Below are positions 9,743-19,228 of a stretch of DNA of 64,000 nucleotides, piece after piece. The stretch is from Myxococcales bacterium (GTDB taxonomy: Bacteria; Myxococcota_A; Polyangia; Polyangiales; Polyangiaceae): the NCBI GenBank assembly GCA_043747615.1, contig JAYTOU010000003.1:32001-96000 (forward strand), given 5' to 3'. Position 1 is the stretch's first letter, and the number at the start of each line of letters is the position of its first letter. The position numbers and the translations under genes are program-made. The notes under the pieces were generated by a model. It saw only the letters and a list, made by a program, of their open reading frames with translations, was not told the DNA's origin and ran no database searches.

Positions 9743-10620
9743 CGCGGTCTACGGCCTTGATAGGCTTTTTCGTCGACGAGATCGCGAAAAGCCTCGACTG
9801 CTTCCGGTAGGCCGATGGCGACCAGACCGGGGACCACGTCGTCGCGCATCCCCTCGAAGAATGCGTGGGCGTAGCCGGCCTCGGAGAGCGTGCCGAAATT
9901 CGGCGCAGGGGGGGCCTGCATCTCGGCGCGCGCCCAGTCGGGGCCTTTGTCTGCGCAAGAGAGGCGGCAGTAGTGCCTGAAGAGGCCAGGCAGTGAGGCT
10001 GCAAGGGCGCTCCGCTCGCGCGCGAACTCGGGGCCGTCGTCGCGCATGAGCAGCGCTGCGGCCTCCCAGCCGAACGCGGCGTGGAACGTCTCGTCGATCA
10101 CGATGGCCCGGACTGCTGCGCGGGCGAGGGGCACGGTCGCGGCGCGGTGGCACCCCCGAAACATGCGCCCGCTCAGCGTTTCTCCGATGCAGAACGCGGC
10201 GACGATGGTGTCTCGAACGTGCGCACGTAGCGAGCTCGCGCCCGACGCTAAGTGAAGGTGATCCGGCTCGATCTTTACGGGCTCGCTCGCGCCCAACGCT
10301 CCCGCCATTCGCGCGCAGATGTCGGTGTGGCGAACCTCGTCGGCGATCATCCGCGCAAAGGCACCCGACCAGTCGAGCGGTGCGCCGAGCAGGTGAACCT
10401 GGGACGCGAGCTGCGTGAAGAGCGCGAGTGAATGGTATTCCTGGATGACCCGCCCGTTCCAAGCAACACTCGCTTGCGCGAGGTCCTCGGCGTCGAAGAG
10501 CGAGGGATCGAAGTCGCTCCAGGCGATCGTTCCTCGCCGCGGCCGCGCGATAATCGCATGCGCTCGCGAGAGCTCGAGATCGTCATCGCCCGTCGTACGA
10601 CGAAGGGCGAACGACATCAC
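9739..10620 (-). CDS. ferritin-like di-iron carboxylate protein
   Basis: QEYHS...ADEVRH...CIGETLS...IDETFH gives the E/ExxH/E/ExxH ligand set. Confidence 0.85.
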   Translation of the reverse strand: MMSFALRRTTGDDDLELSRAHAIIARPRRGTIAWSDFDPSLFDAEDLAQASVAWNGRVIQEYHSLALFTQLASQVHLLGAPLDWSGAFARMIADEVRHTDICARMAGALGASEPVKIEPDHLHLASGASSLRAHVRDTIVAAFCIGETLSGRMFRGCHRAATVPLARAAVRAIVIDETFHAAFGWEAAALLMRDDGPEFARERSALAASLPGLFRHYCRLSCADKGPDWARAEMQAPPAPNFGTLSEAGYAHAFFEGMRDDVVPGLVAIGLPEAVEAFRDLVDEKAYQGRRPR

Positions 10621-10931
10621 GGCGTGGTGCTGCCCGGCGGGCGTCGCGGGGGTGCGTTCAGGAACGGGGGACGCTTGCCGCCGTCGGGGAAGGTCATCCG
10701 ACTCGCGGGCGCTGCCGCGTCTTCGGCGGCCGCAGGAATTTGAGGAGGCGCATTGAGAACGACGCGCGGTGGCAGTGCAGGCGGCGTTTCCGCCGAGGCC
10801 GTGGGCGCGCTCGACTGCGTCTCCGGAGCGTTGACGATGGGCTCGCTCTTCGCGCAGGCGCTCACGCCGATGGACAGGATCGCGGCGCCCTGGGTGAGCG
10901 CGCGCAGCCTACGAAGCCGGGTAGATGTCAT
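10617..10931 (-). CDS. small lipoprotein with three hydrophobic-hydrophobic-N-A-P motifs
   Basis: RLRRLR + hydrophobic stretch + VSAC lipobox; IVNAP, VLNAPP, FLNAPP; stop overlaps the start of the ferritin-like gene. Confidence 0.65.
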   Translation of the reverse strand: MTSTRLRRLRALTQGAAILSIGVSACAKSEPIVNAPETQSSAPTASAETPPALPPRVVLNAPPQIPAAAEDAAAPASRMTFPDGGKRPPFLNAPPRRPPGSTTP

Positions 10932-10996
10932 TTGCGAGCGTGTTTTAGCATGCCGGCTTTTCTATGCTTGGGTTTTCGCGTCTACGGCCGCGCTCG

Positions 10997-11968
10997 TCAG
11001 CGATCGGAGTCCACGGCCCGTACGGTCTCTTCGATCGAGCGCGAGGCTTGGAAGCCTAGAATCTCGCGGGCGCGGCGATCATCGACCATGCACACGTAGC
11101 GGATGTGATCGAGCTCCGGGGGCGGGAATGTGCTCAAATGAAGCGACCAAAGGCGCTTTAGGATGAGCTTCCCGAGTGTGTACGGAAAAGGGACGCTCTG
11201 GCGATCGAGGAGCTTTAGGATCCTCGAGAGCGGAATGGGATCCGGCCCGGCCACGTTAAAGATCCCGCGAACGCCCGGCGTCATCGCGAGGCAAAGCGCG
11301 CGCACCACGTCGGCCTCGTGGATCACCTGGACCATCGGATCGTAGCCCATGAGCGTGGGGATCGTGCTCAGGCGGAGAAAGTTGGAAGGAGCATTTCGCA
11401 CCGTGCCGAGGATGTGCACGGGGCGAAGAACGACCGTCTCCGTCTCGGGATGACGCCAAAAAAAACTCTGGGCTAGCATGTCTACTTCGATGAGATCGCG
11501 TATCTCACCGAATGCCGCGCCGCCGAGGAGAGGCGCGTCCTCCGGTAAGAACTGCGGGTTATCCGGCTGTGGTCCGTAAACGTTCGAGCTCGAAAGCACG
11601 ACGAGCTTCGGCACCTTGAACTGTGCGACGTACTCGAGGAGCTTCGCGAAACCGGCGACGTTCCAGGAGTGGTGCTCCGCCGCGGAGGCACGCGGATCGT
11701 GCATCACGCCGAGATGAACGACGGCCTCGATGTCGCCCGAGCGGAAGACGTCCTTCAACTTCGTCCGGCGGATGTCGACCTGCTGGTGGCGGATGTCTTT
11801 CGGTTTGTCGGTGAAGGGGCGACGATCAACGCCGATCACGGCGCGCTCACGATGCAGAGTGCGCGCAAGCCTTCGTCCGAGCCTCCCGCAGATCCCCGTG
11901 ATCACGACCGGCCCAGAACCGGCGACGGCCACGAGCTCCGTGTCCGAAGTCCCGCCCCCGCCCGGCAT
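10997..11968 (-). CDS. NAD-dependent epimerase/dehydratase (extended SDR)
   Basis: VVITGICGRLG, AVVHLG, LSSSNVYG, VVLRP, GIFNVAG; TGATG coupling at 11968. Confidence 0.88.
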   Translation of the reverse strand: MPGGGGTSDTELVAVAGSGPVVITGICGRLGRRLARTLHRERAVIGVDRRPFTDKPKDIRHQQVDIRRTKLKDVFRSGDIEAVVHLGVMHDPRASAAEHHSWNVAGFAKLLEYVAQFKVPKLVVLSSSNVYGPQPDNPQFLPEDAPLLGGAAFGEIRDLIEVDMLAQSFFWRHPETETVVLRPVHILGTVRNAPSNFLRLSTIPTLMGYDPMVQVIHEADVVRALCLAMTPGVRGIFNVAGPDPIPLSRILKLLDRQSVPFPYTLGKLILKRLWSLHLSTFPPPELDHIRYVCMVDDRRAREILGFQASRSIEETVRAVDSDR

Positions 11969-12906
11969 CACCAGAACACGTGCTTTCGCGCCTTCACGCC
12001 ACGGTTGAGCATGGATTGAATGGTGGCCTTCACGAGCCACACTTTCTCCTCGATGATCGCGTCGTCGTCATCGGAGTCGCCCTCGAAGGTCATCGGCTCG
12101 CCGAAGTACACCCGGTATTTCGTGGGCAAAGGGAGCTGGCCACCGGGCAGGAGCAGCTGCGGCAGCACGGGAAAAGACGGCATGCGAAGGAGCTTCGCGA
12201 GAGACTCGATGTTGCCGACCGAGATGTACTGCTCTTCGCCGCCAATGACCGCGACGGGGATGACTGGGGTGTTCGTCGCGATCGCCAAGCGCATGAAGCC
12301 GAGACCGAAATCGGTGAGCTGGTATCGCTTGTCGAAGGTCTTCGAGATGCCCCGCGCACCCTCGGGGAACACGAGCAGCGCCTCGTCGGCCTCGAGCAGA
12401 CGCTTCGCGTTGGCGGGCACACCGACCACTTGCCCGACGCGCGAAAAGAGCATCGACACGAACGGCAGCGTCTGCGCCCACTTCTCGACCATTGCGCGAA
12501 TGAACCGAGGCGGTTCGGCGTCCATGAACATGGCCGCTCCGATGATGGCGCCGTCGATCGGGACCTGGCCGGAGTGGTTGGCGACGAGCAGGACGCGCCC
12601 AACGGGGACGTTGGCGGCGCCGAATACCTCGGTGCGAAAGTAGCGGCGATGCAAGAAGGCGGCGGAAGCGAGTGCATACTTCACCCAATTTGGATCGAGA
12701 CCAAACGGGTCGACGCCCGCCGGCCCGAGTGACGTCGGAACGCGCGCGAGCCTCGTGTTGAACTCTTCCGTCATGAGCGAGGACATCCAGCCGTCGACCG
12801 CGCCTTCGGCCACTCCGAGAATTTTCCTAGCGAACGGAGCGGACCGCCTCGCCAACGCCCCGATTCGGCCGAGCGCGCGGGTCGGTTCGATGGATGCCAC
12901 GGACAT
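11968..12906 (-). CDS. lysophospholipid/glycerol acyltransferase (LPLAT)
   Basis: DPFGLD, VANHSGQVPID (HX4D-like), VFPEG, GFMRLA, PVIPVAVIG. Confidence 0.9.
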   Translation of the reverse strand: MSVASIEPTRALGRIGALARRSAPFARKILGVAEGAVDGWMSSLMTEEFNTRLARVPTSLGPAGVDPFGLDPNWVKYALASAAFLHRRYFRTEVFGAANVPVGRVLLVANHSGQVPIDGAIIGAAMFMDAEPPRFIRAMVEKWAQTLPFVSMLFSRVGQVVGVPANAKRLLEADEALLVFPEGARGISKTFDKRYQLTDFGLGFMRLAIATNTPVIPVAVIGGEEQYISVGNIESLAKLLRMPSFPVLPQLLLPGGQLPLPTKYRVYFGEPMTFEGDSDDDDAIIEEKVWLVKATIQSMLNRGVKARKHVFW

Positions 12907-12985
12907 GAGGTAAGCCGCGGGGGTTGCACCGGTCAAGAAAGGTTTCACGACACACAGCCTCACGAAGGTCGTCTAGGATTCTCGG

Positions 12986-13882
12986 ATGGGCTTCATTTTC
13001 CCGCCCGCGGTCGCTCCTGGCGATCTCATCGCCGTCGTTGCGCCCTCGAGCCCATTCGCGGTGGGAGAGTTTTGGCGGGGCCTCGGGTGGCTTCGCGATC
13101 GCTACGAGCTCTTCGCGAGCCCCGCGCTGCTCGGGCGAAGCGGGTACCTTGCCGGCGACGATGATCACCGGGCACGTGAGCTCGAACGCGCGATGATCGA
13201 GCCACGCGTGAAGGCTATCGTCGCTGCACGCGGCGGGTATGGTGCGATGCGTGTCCTGTCTCGCCTGCCGTGGGAGGCCTTCCAGAAAAATCCGCGATGG
13301 ATCGTGGGCTTCAGCGACATCACCGCGCTTCACTGCATGACGACCGCACGCGGAATCGCCGCCGTGCATGCTTCGCACGTGACCGGTGTCACTCATTTGT
13401 CGCCTCGAACGAAGCTCGCCTGGATGCGCGCGATCGAACGCCCCCACGAGGGCTTCACCTGGAACGACCTGCGGGTGCACCGGACCGGTCGCGCCGAAGG
13501 GCCGCTTTTCGGCGGTAACTTGGCGCTGATCGAGGCCATGGCCGCCGCCGGCAAGCTCGTCGTTCCGGAGGGCGCGATCCTTCTGCTCGAGGACGTGACG
13601 GAGCGGCCGTACCGCATCGACCGCATGCTCACCTCGCTGATGCTCGGCGGCCACCTCGAGCGCGCATCGGCGATCGTCCTCGGCGAATTTACGCGCTGCG
13701 ATCCGGGCCCCGACGGCGTGAGCGTCGAGCACGTTCTCGAGGAGCGTCTCGCAGGCCTCGGCGTACCGGTCGTTTCGGGCGCGCCGTTCGGTCACGGCAC
13801 GGAGAATCAGCCCTTCGTTCTTGGCTCGAGGGCGGAGCTCTCGGGCGGAAGCCTCAGGGTCGGCGCGAAGATCGAATCATGA
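12986..13882 (+). CDS. ldcA: LD-carboxypeptidase (peptidase S66)
   Basis: VVAPSS, ARGGYG, GFSDIT (Ser), GGNL, LLEDV (Glu), FGHG (His). Confidence 0.9.
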   Translation: MGFIFPPAVAPGDLIAVVAPSSPFAVGEFWRGLGWLRDRYELFASPALLGRSGYLAGDDDHRARELERAMIEPRVKAIVAARGGYGAMRVLSRLPWEAFQKNPRWIVGFSDITALHCMTTARGIAAVHASHVTGVTHLSPRTKLAWMRAIERPHEGFTWNDLRVHRTGRAEGPLFGGNLALIEAMAAAGKLVVPEGAILLLEDVTERPYRIDRMLTSLMLGGHLERASAIVLGEFTRCDPGPDGVSVEHVLEERLAGLGVPVVSGAPFGHGTENQPFVLGSRAELSGGSLRVGAKIES

Positions 13883-16800
13883 ACGCGGAAGCGGAGGGGG
13901 CATGGTCTTTCCGCGGACCACCGGCTTTTCCTCTTCCTTGTCTTCGTGGACTTCTTCGGCCAGATCGTCGGCGATGAGGATCTCGTCATCATCGACCGCG
14001 ATGTCGACCTCGGGCGTGGCGTCCGGCTTGTACGGGCGAGCCATCGTCGGCTCGTTGAAGTCCTCGTAGCCGACGCGCTCGTCGGTCGAGACCAAGCTCA
14101 CCTCGTGCGACCCGGACGACGATCCGGGCGTGGTGAGAAGATCTTCGAGCAGCTCAACGCTCTCGGGAGCGAGCGGTATCCGCGCCGAAGGCTCGGTCGC
14201 CGTCTTTGGCGGCGAGGACGCGGCGGCGACCTGTGTGGGCGGCACCGACGACGAATGGGGCAGAGACGACATCGGAACGTTCTTCGTGTCATCGTCGTCC
14301 GAGACGTTTTTGCCCCTCGCAGGGCTTTTCGGAGCGGGCAGATCGGAGCGTCGGGCCGAGCGCAGCTGCGCCACCATTTCCATGCTGAAGACATCGGTGG
14401 CGTCTTCCACGTGGTCGGCCGCGTCCCTGGTGCGGCCCGCCGGGTAGGGCCTCGTCTCGGGGCCAACCGTTGCCGCCTCCGCCGTCTTCGCGAAGTTCGG
14501 ATCGCGCAGCGATGGATCCGTGCGCAGCGACTCGGCGAGCGGAGAGTCTCCCGGCACCGTCTCGGGCAGCGCTGTGGGCGGCGGTACCGTCGGCGTCTTG
14601 CTGTCTGGCGTCGCTGTCGTGTTCGGAGCCTGCGATGGCCGCATCGAATCTTGCGACGGCTTCGGCGGGGCGTAGGCATCGGGATCCGCGTCCGGATCCG
14701 CCTTCTTGAGCATGTTCGATTTTGCGCGTTCGAGGCCCTGCGTCGCTTCGGCGTCGCCAGCCTTCATGCGGAGCACGCGGCGCCAAGCGTCGGCGGTCTC
14801 TCGCGGATCTTGTAGCTGCTCTTCCCACATGCGGGCGACTTTGCGCGCGAGCTCGGCGCGGGTGTTCATGTCCTTCCCGCGAAGGATCTGATCCTCGTAG
14901 AGCTGGACCATGCCGCGGTAATCTCCGAGCTCACGAAGGAGCGCGGAGAGCTCTTCGAGCACGGATTGATCGGTCGGCGAGAGATCGTGGAGTTTCTTCA
15001 GGTCCGCCGCGGCCCCGGATTTGTCGCCGATATGCTCGCGCCGGATCTTCGCGCGACGCGCGAGCAACTGGCGAACGAGGGGACCGTCGAAGACTTCCGT
15101 GAGCGCACGGGTGATGGCTTCTTCGCTGCGCCGCGGCGCTCCGAGCTCTACGCTGAGGGCTTCCACGACGTCCAGAGCCTGCTGATCGACGTGCGCGATG
15201 AGCGTGTCACCGAGCCACGTGAACGCCTGCTCTATGTCGTGAAGATCGCGCTGGGCGATCGTGGCCGCACGCCGAAGGAGGGTGCTGCGCGTGCGTCCGC
15301 CATCCCGTGCTCCACCGCCGCCCGTCGAGAGTGACTGGCAAAGCGCACGGCGCAATTTTTCTCCGCCGGTGTGCTTGTCACCGGCCGCCGCCGCGAGCTC
15401 GAGGAGACCCAGCGTGTCTTCGGTAGGGGCGCCCGTGAGCGCGAGCTCGAAGAATGCGCGAGCGCGATCAATCTGCCCCTTCGACGCCGCGACCTGTGCT
15501 GCCCGAGCGAGGGCCCGCAGGCGGTCGGCTGGCGCTCGGCAGCGTGACACTTGACGTTCGTAGAGATCGACGATGTCGTGGCTCTTCTCTGTAAGCTCCG
15601 CGAGCTTCTCGAGGAGCGACTCGGCCTCGCCCGGCGGCACGTTGGCGAGCCCAGACTCACCGTGCTGAATCGATTCGCCGCGAGGCATTCCCGCCTTCAC
15701 GCAAACCACTGCTTGACGCACGAGCTCCGTCGCTCGATCGAGCCCCTGAAGCTCACGTGCGAGTAGATCGTGAGCGGTGGCGAGCGCGTCGTGATCCGAG
15801 GTCTTCACCGCGAGACCCTCGAGACGCGCCGCGAGATCGCGATCGCCGCCCTTGGCGCGCACGATTTCGATCGCCACGCGGGCCGCATCTTGATCGCGAC
15901 CCACCGCGGCGAATCGCTCGAAAGCACCGCGAAGGGCAGCCGTGCGCTCCGTCCCGTGCTTCGCTTCGAACCACCACTCGACGAGCTTCGCCGCGACGAT
16001 CCCCTTCCACCCGAGGCGATCTCCGAGCTCGACGTAGGTGGTGCGGATCGACTGGTCCCCGTGATCGGCAAGCTCGGTGAGAGCGGCAAGCGCTTCGTCG
16101 CCGCGATCGAGCTTGTCGGCGAGAATGCCAGCCAGCTTCTTGGTCATCACGCTCGCGTCGACTTCGTCACCTTCGACCTCGATTTGAAGGGCGAGCAGCT
16201 CGGCGACGCGATCCCATTGCTCCGTCTTCTCGCAGAGCTGACAGAGGCGCGCGAGGGCGTCGAAGTCCTCGAGATCCGCTTTGCGCACGATGTCGAGCGC
16301 GCGAATCGCGGAGCGGGGATCATTGAGGAGCTCATAGAGCCGGGCCAGCCGCGCCGCGATCTGTCCGCGTTCTTGGGGATCGGCGATCAGCTTCAGCTCG
16401 CGCTCGAGCGCATCGGCCGCGGCGCCCGGATTTTCCCGCGCTTCCTGCAAGTCGGCGATGGCTTGAAGAGCAGGGCGGCAGGTGGCGTCGAGATCGCTGA
16501 GGATGGATTCGTAGCGCACGATGGCGGTGTCGACGTCGCCGACGCCGTCGGCCAGGAGCTCCGCCTCACGCAGAGCAATGCGCGCTTTGTCTGCCTTGTC
16601 GATCGCCACGCCGCCGAGCCGGCGCAGGAGCGTCGCGGCCTCGGTGTGATCTTCGCGCTCGACAGCGAGATCGATCAGCTTCTCGAGCGCTTCACGATCG
16701 TCGCCGTCCTCGAGGACTTTGAGCCACTGCTCTCGGGCCAGATCTTTGTTGTTCAGGCGCGTGGCGTAGAGGGTTGCCGCTTGCCGGCGCAGGCCGACGC

Positions 16801-19165
16801 GCTTCGATCGATCGGCGACGCGATCGCCGCGCTTTGAGAGGAACTCGACCAGCTTTTCCCACTTCTCACCGGTGGTGTAGCGGTCGGTGAGCGACTGGGC
16901 ATAGTCGTCCGCGGTCGGGTCGAGGTTGGTCGCTTGCTCGAGTCGCTCGAGCGCAGCCGTCTCGTCGCCTGCGCGGGTCAAGTACTCTCCGGCGCGCGCG
17001 AAGTGACCCGCTTGCTGTTTTGCGTCGCCGGCGATTTGCCCGCGGTGCTCTGCTGCGCTCGCCGCGCGCTCCCATTTTTCTGCGCCGACGAAGCAGCGCT
17101 CTGCGTCCTCCCACATGCGTGCGCTGCGCTGAGCCTCTGCGGATTCAGCGTAGGCTTCGCCGGCGCCGCCGACGTCTCCGGTCTGCTCACGCAGCTCACC
17201 GAGCCGTTGAAGGAGGGAGCCGCGGGCCGCGGAGTCTTCGATCGACGCCGCGTTCTCCGCGATCACCTGCGCGGCCATGTCGATCCGGCCGGCCTTCTCG
17301 AAGAGCTTCGATGCGGTACCGATGGCGCGCTCGTCTTCCGGGGCGAGGTGGGCGATGCGGGCCCACGCTTCGGCAGCCGCGCCGAAGTCCCTGCGCTTCC
17401 CCTCGTTAAGGGTGGCGAGCTTCTTCTCGAGGGAGATCTTGATGTCGATGTCGCTGGCAACAGTGGCCTCTTGTTCGTAGAGGTTCGCCAGATCGTCCCA
17501 CCGTTGCGTTTTCTCGAGGAGGCGCGAGAGCGACTGACGTGCGCTGTCGTCCGCGCGATCGATGGCCAGGAGCTGCTTCCAGGCATTGATCGCGCCGTCG
17601 ACGTCGCGAAGATTTCCCTCGCACAAGCCCGCCACTTCGCGCAGGCGCTCTTTGCGGCCTTCCATCCCATCGCTGAGAGAGCCCATCACACGCACGCTCG
17701 CGAGGAGCACGTCGCGCAGCTGGCCGTAGTCACGCTTCGTCCGAAGGTAGTCCTCCACCCACGCCAGCGCTTCGGGATGCGCGGGGTCGGTGTCGAGCAC
17801 TTCCTTGTACTTTACAAGTGCTTCGGGTTTCTTCCCCTTACCGGCGAGCATCTGCGCGGCGTCGAGGATTCCCTGCATTTTATCAGGTGCAAGCGCGCTG
17901 GTCCGCTTCGGCGCGGGCTCGCTCGGCGTATACGAAGGTGCCTGCGGCGAAGCCTCACCGCGGTCCGTTGCCGGGCGGGCTTTGGCGGCGCTCTGCTCGA
18001 CGGCCCCCGGAACAGCGGTCTGCGTGTAGAGGAGCTCGAGCTTCGCCGCGGCGTCCGGATCGCCTGCCGCGCGGAGCGGCTCGAGCATCTGGATGGCGTT
18101 CGAGATCTGCCCCGCGGCCTCGTAGCTGATGGCGAGCACCTGTCGAGCTTCGGCGGCCATCGCCCCAGCGGGGTTCGACTCGACGTAGCCGAGGTAGCGA
18201 CCGGAGAGCTCCTCTTCCTTCTGAAGGCTGCGCGCGTAGTACGTGTAGAGCTGAAGAGCGCGCTCGTGGCCCGGTTCGATGTCGAGGGCCGCGCCGGAAT
18301 AGGCGAGACCATGCTCTCCATCGTAGGACTCGGCGAGCGCGACCAGCATTTCTGCGGCAACGGTGCGTTCGCTCTTGGGGACCTGCTCGCCGCCCTGCAT
18401 TCGATCGAGAATGGAGGCAGCGAACTCTTGCTGGAGACCGGCGTCCTGGTCGTCGAGTTGACGGGCGCGCGCGAGTACTTTCGTGACGCCTTGCAGATCG
18501 CCCGCCTGCCTGCGCGAGTTCGCTTCGTCGCGTAGAAGCGCGAGCCGCCGTGCGGGGTCTTGCTCGATGGCGTACTCCGCCTCGTACAGCGGGTAGGCCT
18601 CTTCCCAGTTCGCCTGAGACTTCAGGATCTCGCGCGCGCTGTAGATCGCGTAGGCGCTCTGCGCATCGAGATCGATCGACTTCCGGAAGCTCTCGACGGC
18701 CTTCTTCGGCTGCGCGAGCGGCGCTTCGCTCCACAAGCGTCCGAGCTCCTCGTACATCGCGGCGACTTCGCTGCGTAGCTCCGGCTGCTGCGCGATGAGC
18801 GGCGTAAGCGCTTTCGCGCGGCGATCGAGGAGCGCGACCAGAGCCTTTACGTCCCCCTTCTCGCGATAGAGCTGGGCCAAACGCTCGGCCGCCACTTGCT
18901 GCGTGGGGTCTCTGTCGATCGCCGTCATCAGGACACGCGCTGCACGATGCGCGTCTCCCAGCGTCGTCAACCAGACGTTCGCGGCCTCACTGAGCCAGTG
19001 ACTCGCGTATGCGGGGTCGGTCGTTTGCCCGCCGACTTTCTCGAGGAGAAAAGCATACGCCTTCGGATCCTGAGCGCCCGCTTGGTGGGCGTAAGCAAGT
19101 GCTTCTTCGTCGTGCGGGTTGGCGACGAGGCGCTGCACAAGCGCTTCCATTTCGCTAGGCTCCAT
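13877..19165 (-). CDS. very large TPR-repeat protein (1762 aa) with Pro-rich disordered C-terminus
   Basis: Many helical TPR-like repeats typical of myxobacterial AgmK-like proteins; consistent GC3-rich frame. Confidence 0.85.
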   Translation of the reverse strand: MEPSEMEALVQRLVANPHDEEALAYAHQAGAQDPKAYAFLLEKVGGQTTDPAYASHWLSEAANVWLTTLGDAHRAARVLMTAIDRDPTQQVAAERLAQLYREKGDVKALVALLDRRAKALTPLIAQQPELRSEVAAMYEELGRLWSEAPLAQPKKAVESFRKSIDLDAQSAYAIYSAREILKSQANWEEAYPLYEAEYAIEQDPARRLALLRDEANSRRQAGDLQGVTKVLARARQLDDQDAGLQQEFAASILDRMQGGEQVPKSERTVAAEMLVALAESYDGEHGLAYSGAALDIEPGHERALQLYTYYARSLQKEEELSGRYLGYVESNPAGAMAAEARQVLAISYEAAGQISNAIQMLEPLRAAGDPDAAAKLELLYTQTAVPGAVEQSAAKARPATDRGEASPQAPSYTPSEPAPKRTSALAPDKMQGILDAAQMLAGKGKKPEALVKYKEVLDTDPAHPEALAWVEDYLRTKRDYGQLRDVLLASVRVMGSLSDGMEGRKERLREVAGLCEGNLRDVDGAINAWKQLLAIDRADDSARQSLSRLLEKTQRWDDLANLYEQEATVASDIDIKISLEKKLATLNEGKRRDFGAAAEAWARIAHLAPEDERAIGTASKLFEKAGRIDMAAQVIAENAASIEDSAARGSLLQRLGELREQTGDVGGAGEAYAESAEAQRSARMWEDAERCFVGAEKWERAASAAEHRGQIAGDAKQQAGHFARAGEYLTRAGDETAALERLEQATNLDPTADDYAQSLTDRYTTGEKWEKLVEFLSKRGDRVADRSKRVGLRRQAATLYATRLNNKDLAREQWLKVLEDGDDREALEKLIDLAVEREDHTEAATLLRRLGGVAIDKADKARIALREAELLADGVGDVDTAIVRYESILSDLDATCRPALQAIADLQEARENPGAAADALERELKLIADPQERGQIAARLARLYELLNDPRSAIRALDIVRKADLEDFDALARLCQLCEKTEQWDRVAELLALQIEVEGDEVDASVMTKKLAGILADKLDRGDEALAALTELADHGDQSIRTTYVELGDRLGWKGIVAAKLVEWWFEAKHGTERTAALRGAFERFAAVGRDQDAARVAIEIVRAKGGDRDLAARLEGLAVKTSDHDALATAHDLLARELQGLDRATELVRQAVVCVKAGMPRGESIQHGESGLANVPPGEAESLLEKLAELTEKSHDIVDLYERQVSRCRAPADRLRALARAAQVAASKGQIDRARAFFELALTGAPTEDTLGLLELAAAAGDKHTGGEKLRRALCQSLSTGGGGARDGGRTRSTLLRRAATIAQRDLHDIEQAFTWLGDTLIAHVDQQALDVVEALSVELGAPRRSEEAITRALTEVFDGPLVRQLLARRAKIRREHIGDKSGAAADLKKLHDLSPTDQSVLEELSALLRELGDYRGMVQLYEDQILRGKDMNTRAELARKVARMWEEQLQDPRETADAWRRVLRMKAGDAEATQGLERAKSNMLKKADPDADPDAYAPPKPSQDSMRPSQAPNTTATPDSKTPTVPPPTALPETVPGDSPLAESLRTDPSLRDPNFAKTAEAATVGPETRPYPAGRTRDAADHVEDATDVFSMEMVAQLRSARRSDLPAPKSPARGKNVSDDDDTKNVPMSSLPHSSSVPPTQVAAASSPPKTATEPSARIPLAPESVELLEDLLTTPGSSSGSHEVSLVSTDERVGYEDFNEPTMARPYKPDATPEVDIAVDDDEILIADDLAEEVHEDKEEEKPVVRGKTMPPPLPRS

Positions 19166-19228
19166 ATTGGCGCGGGCAGGCTACCACTTTCTCGTTTTTC
19201 CGCTCAATTAGGGAGCACCTAAAGCGGA

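Noticed and set aside
13946..18734. Long ORFs antisense or off-frame to the TPR gene (e.g. 16934-18535, 15770-16837) and similar ones elsewhere (36095-37498, 47141-48637, 61825-63576)
   Set aside because: Shadow ORFs expected in high-GC DNA; no recognisable motifs, and the real gene has coherent domains.
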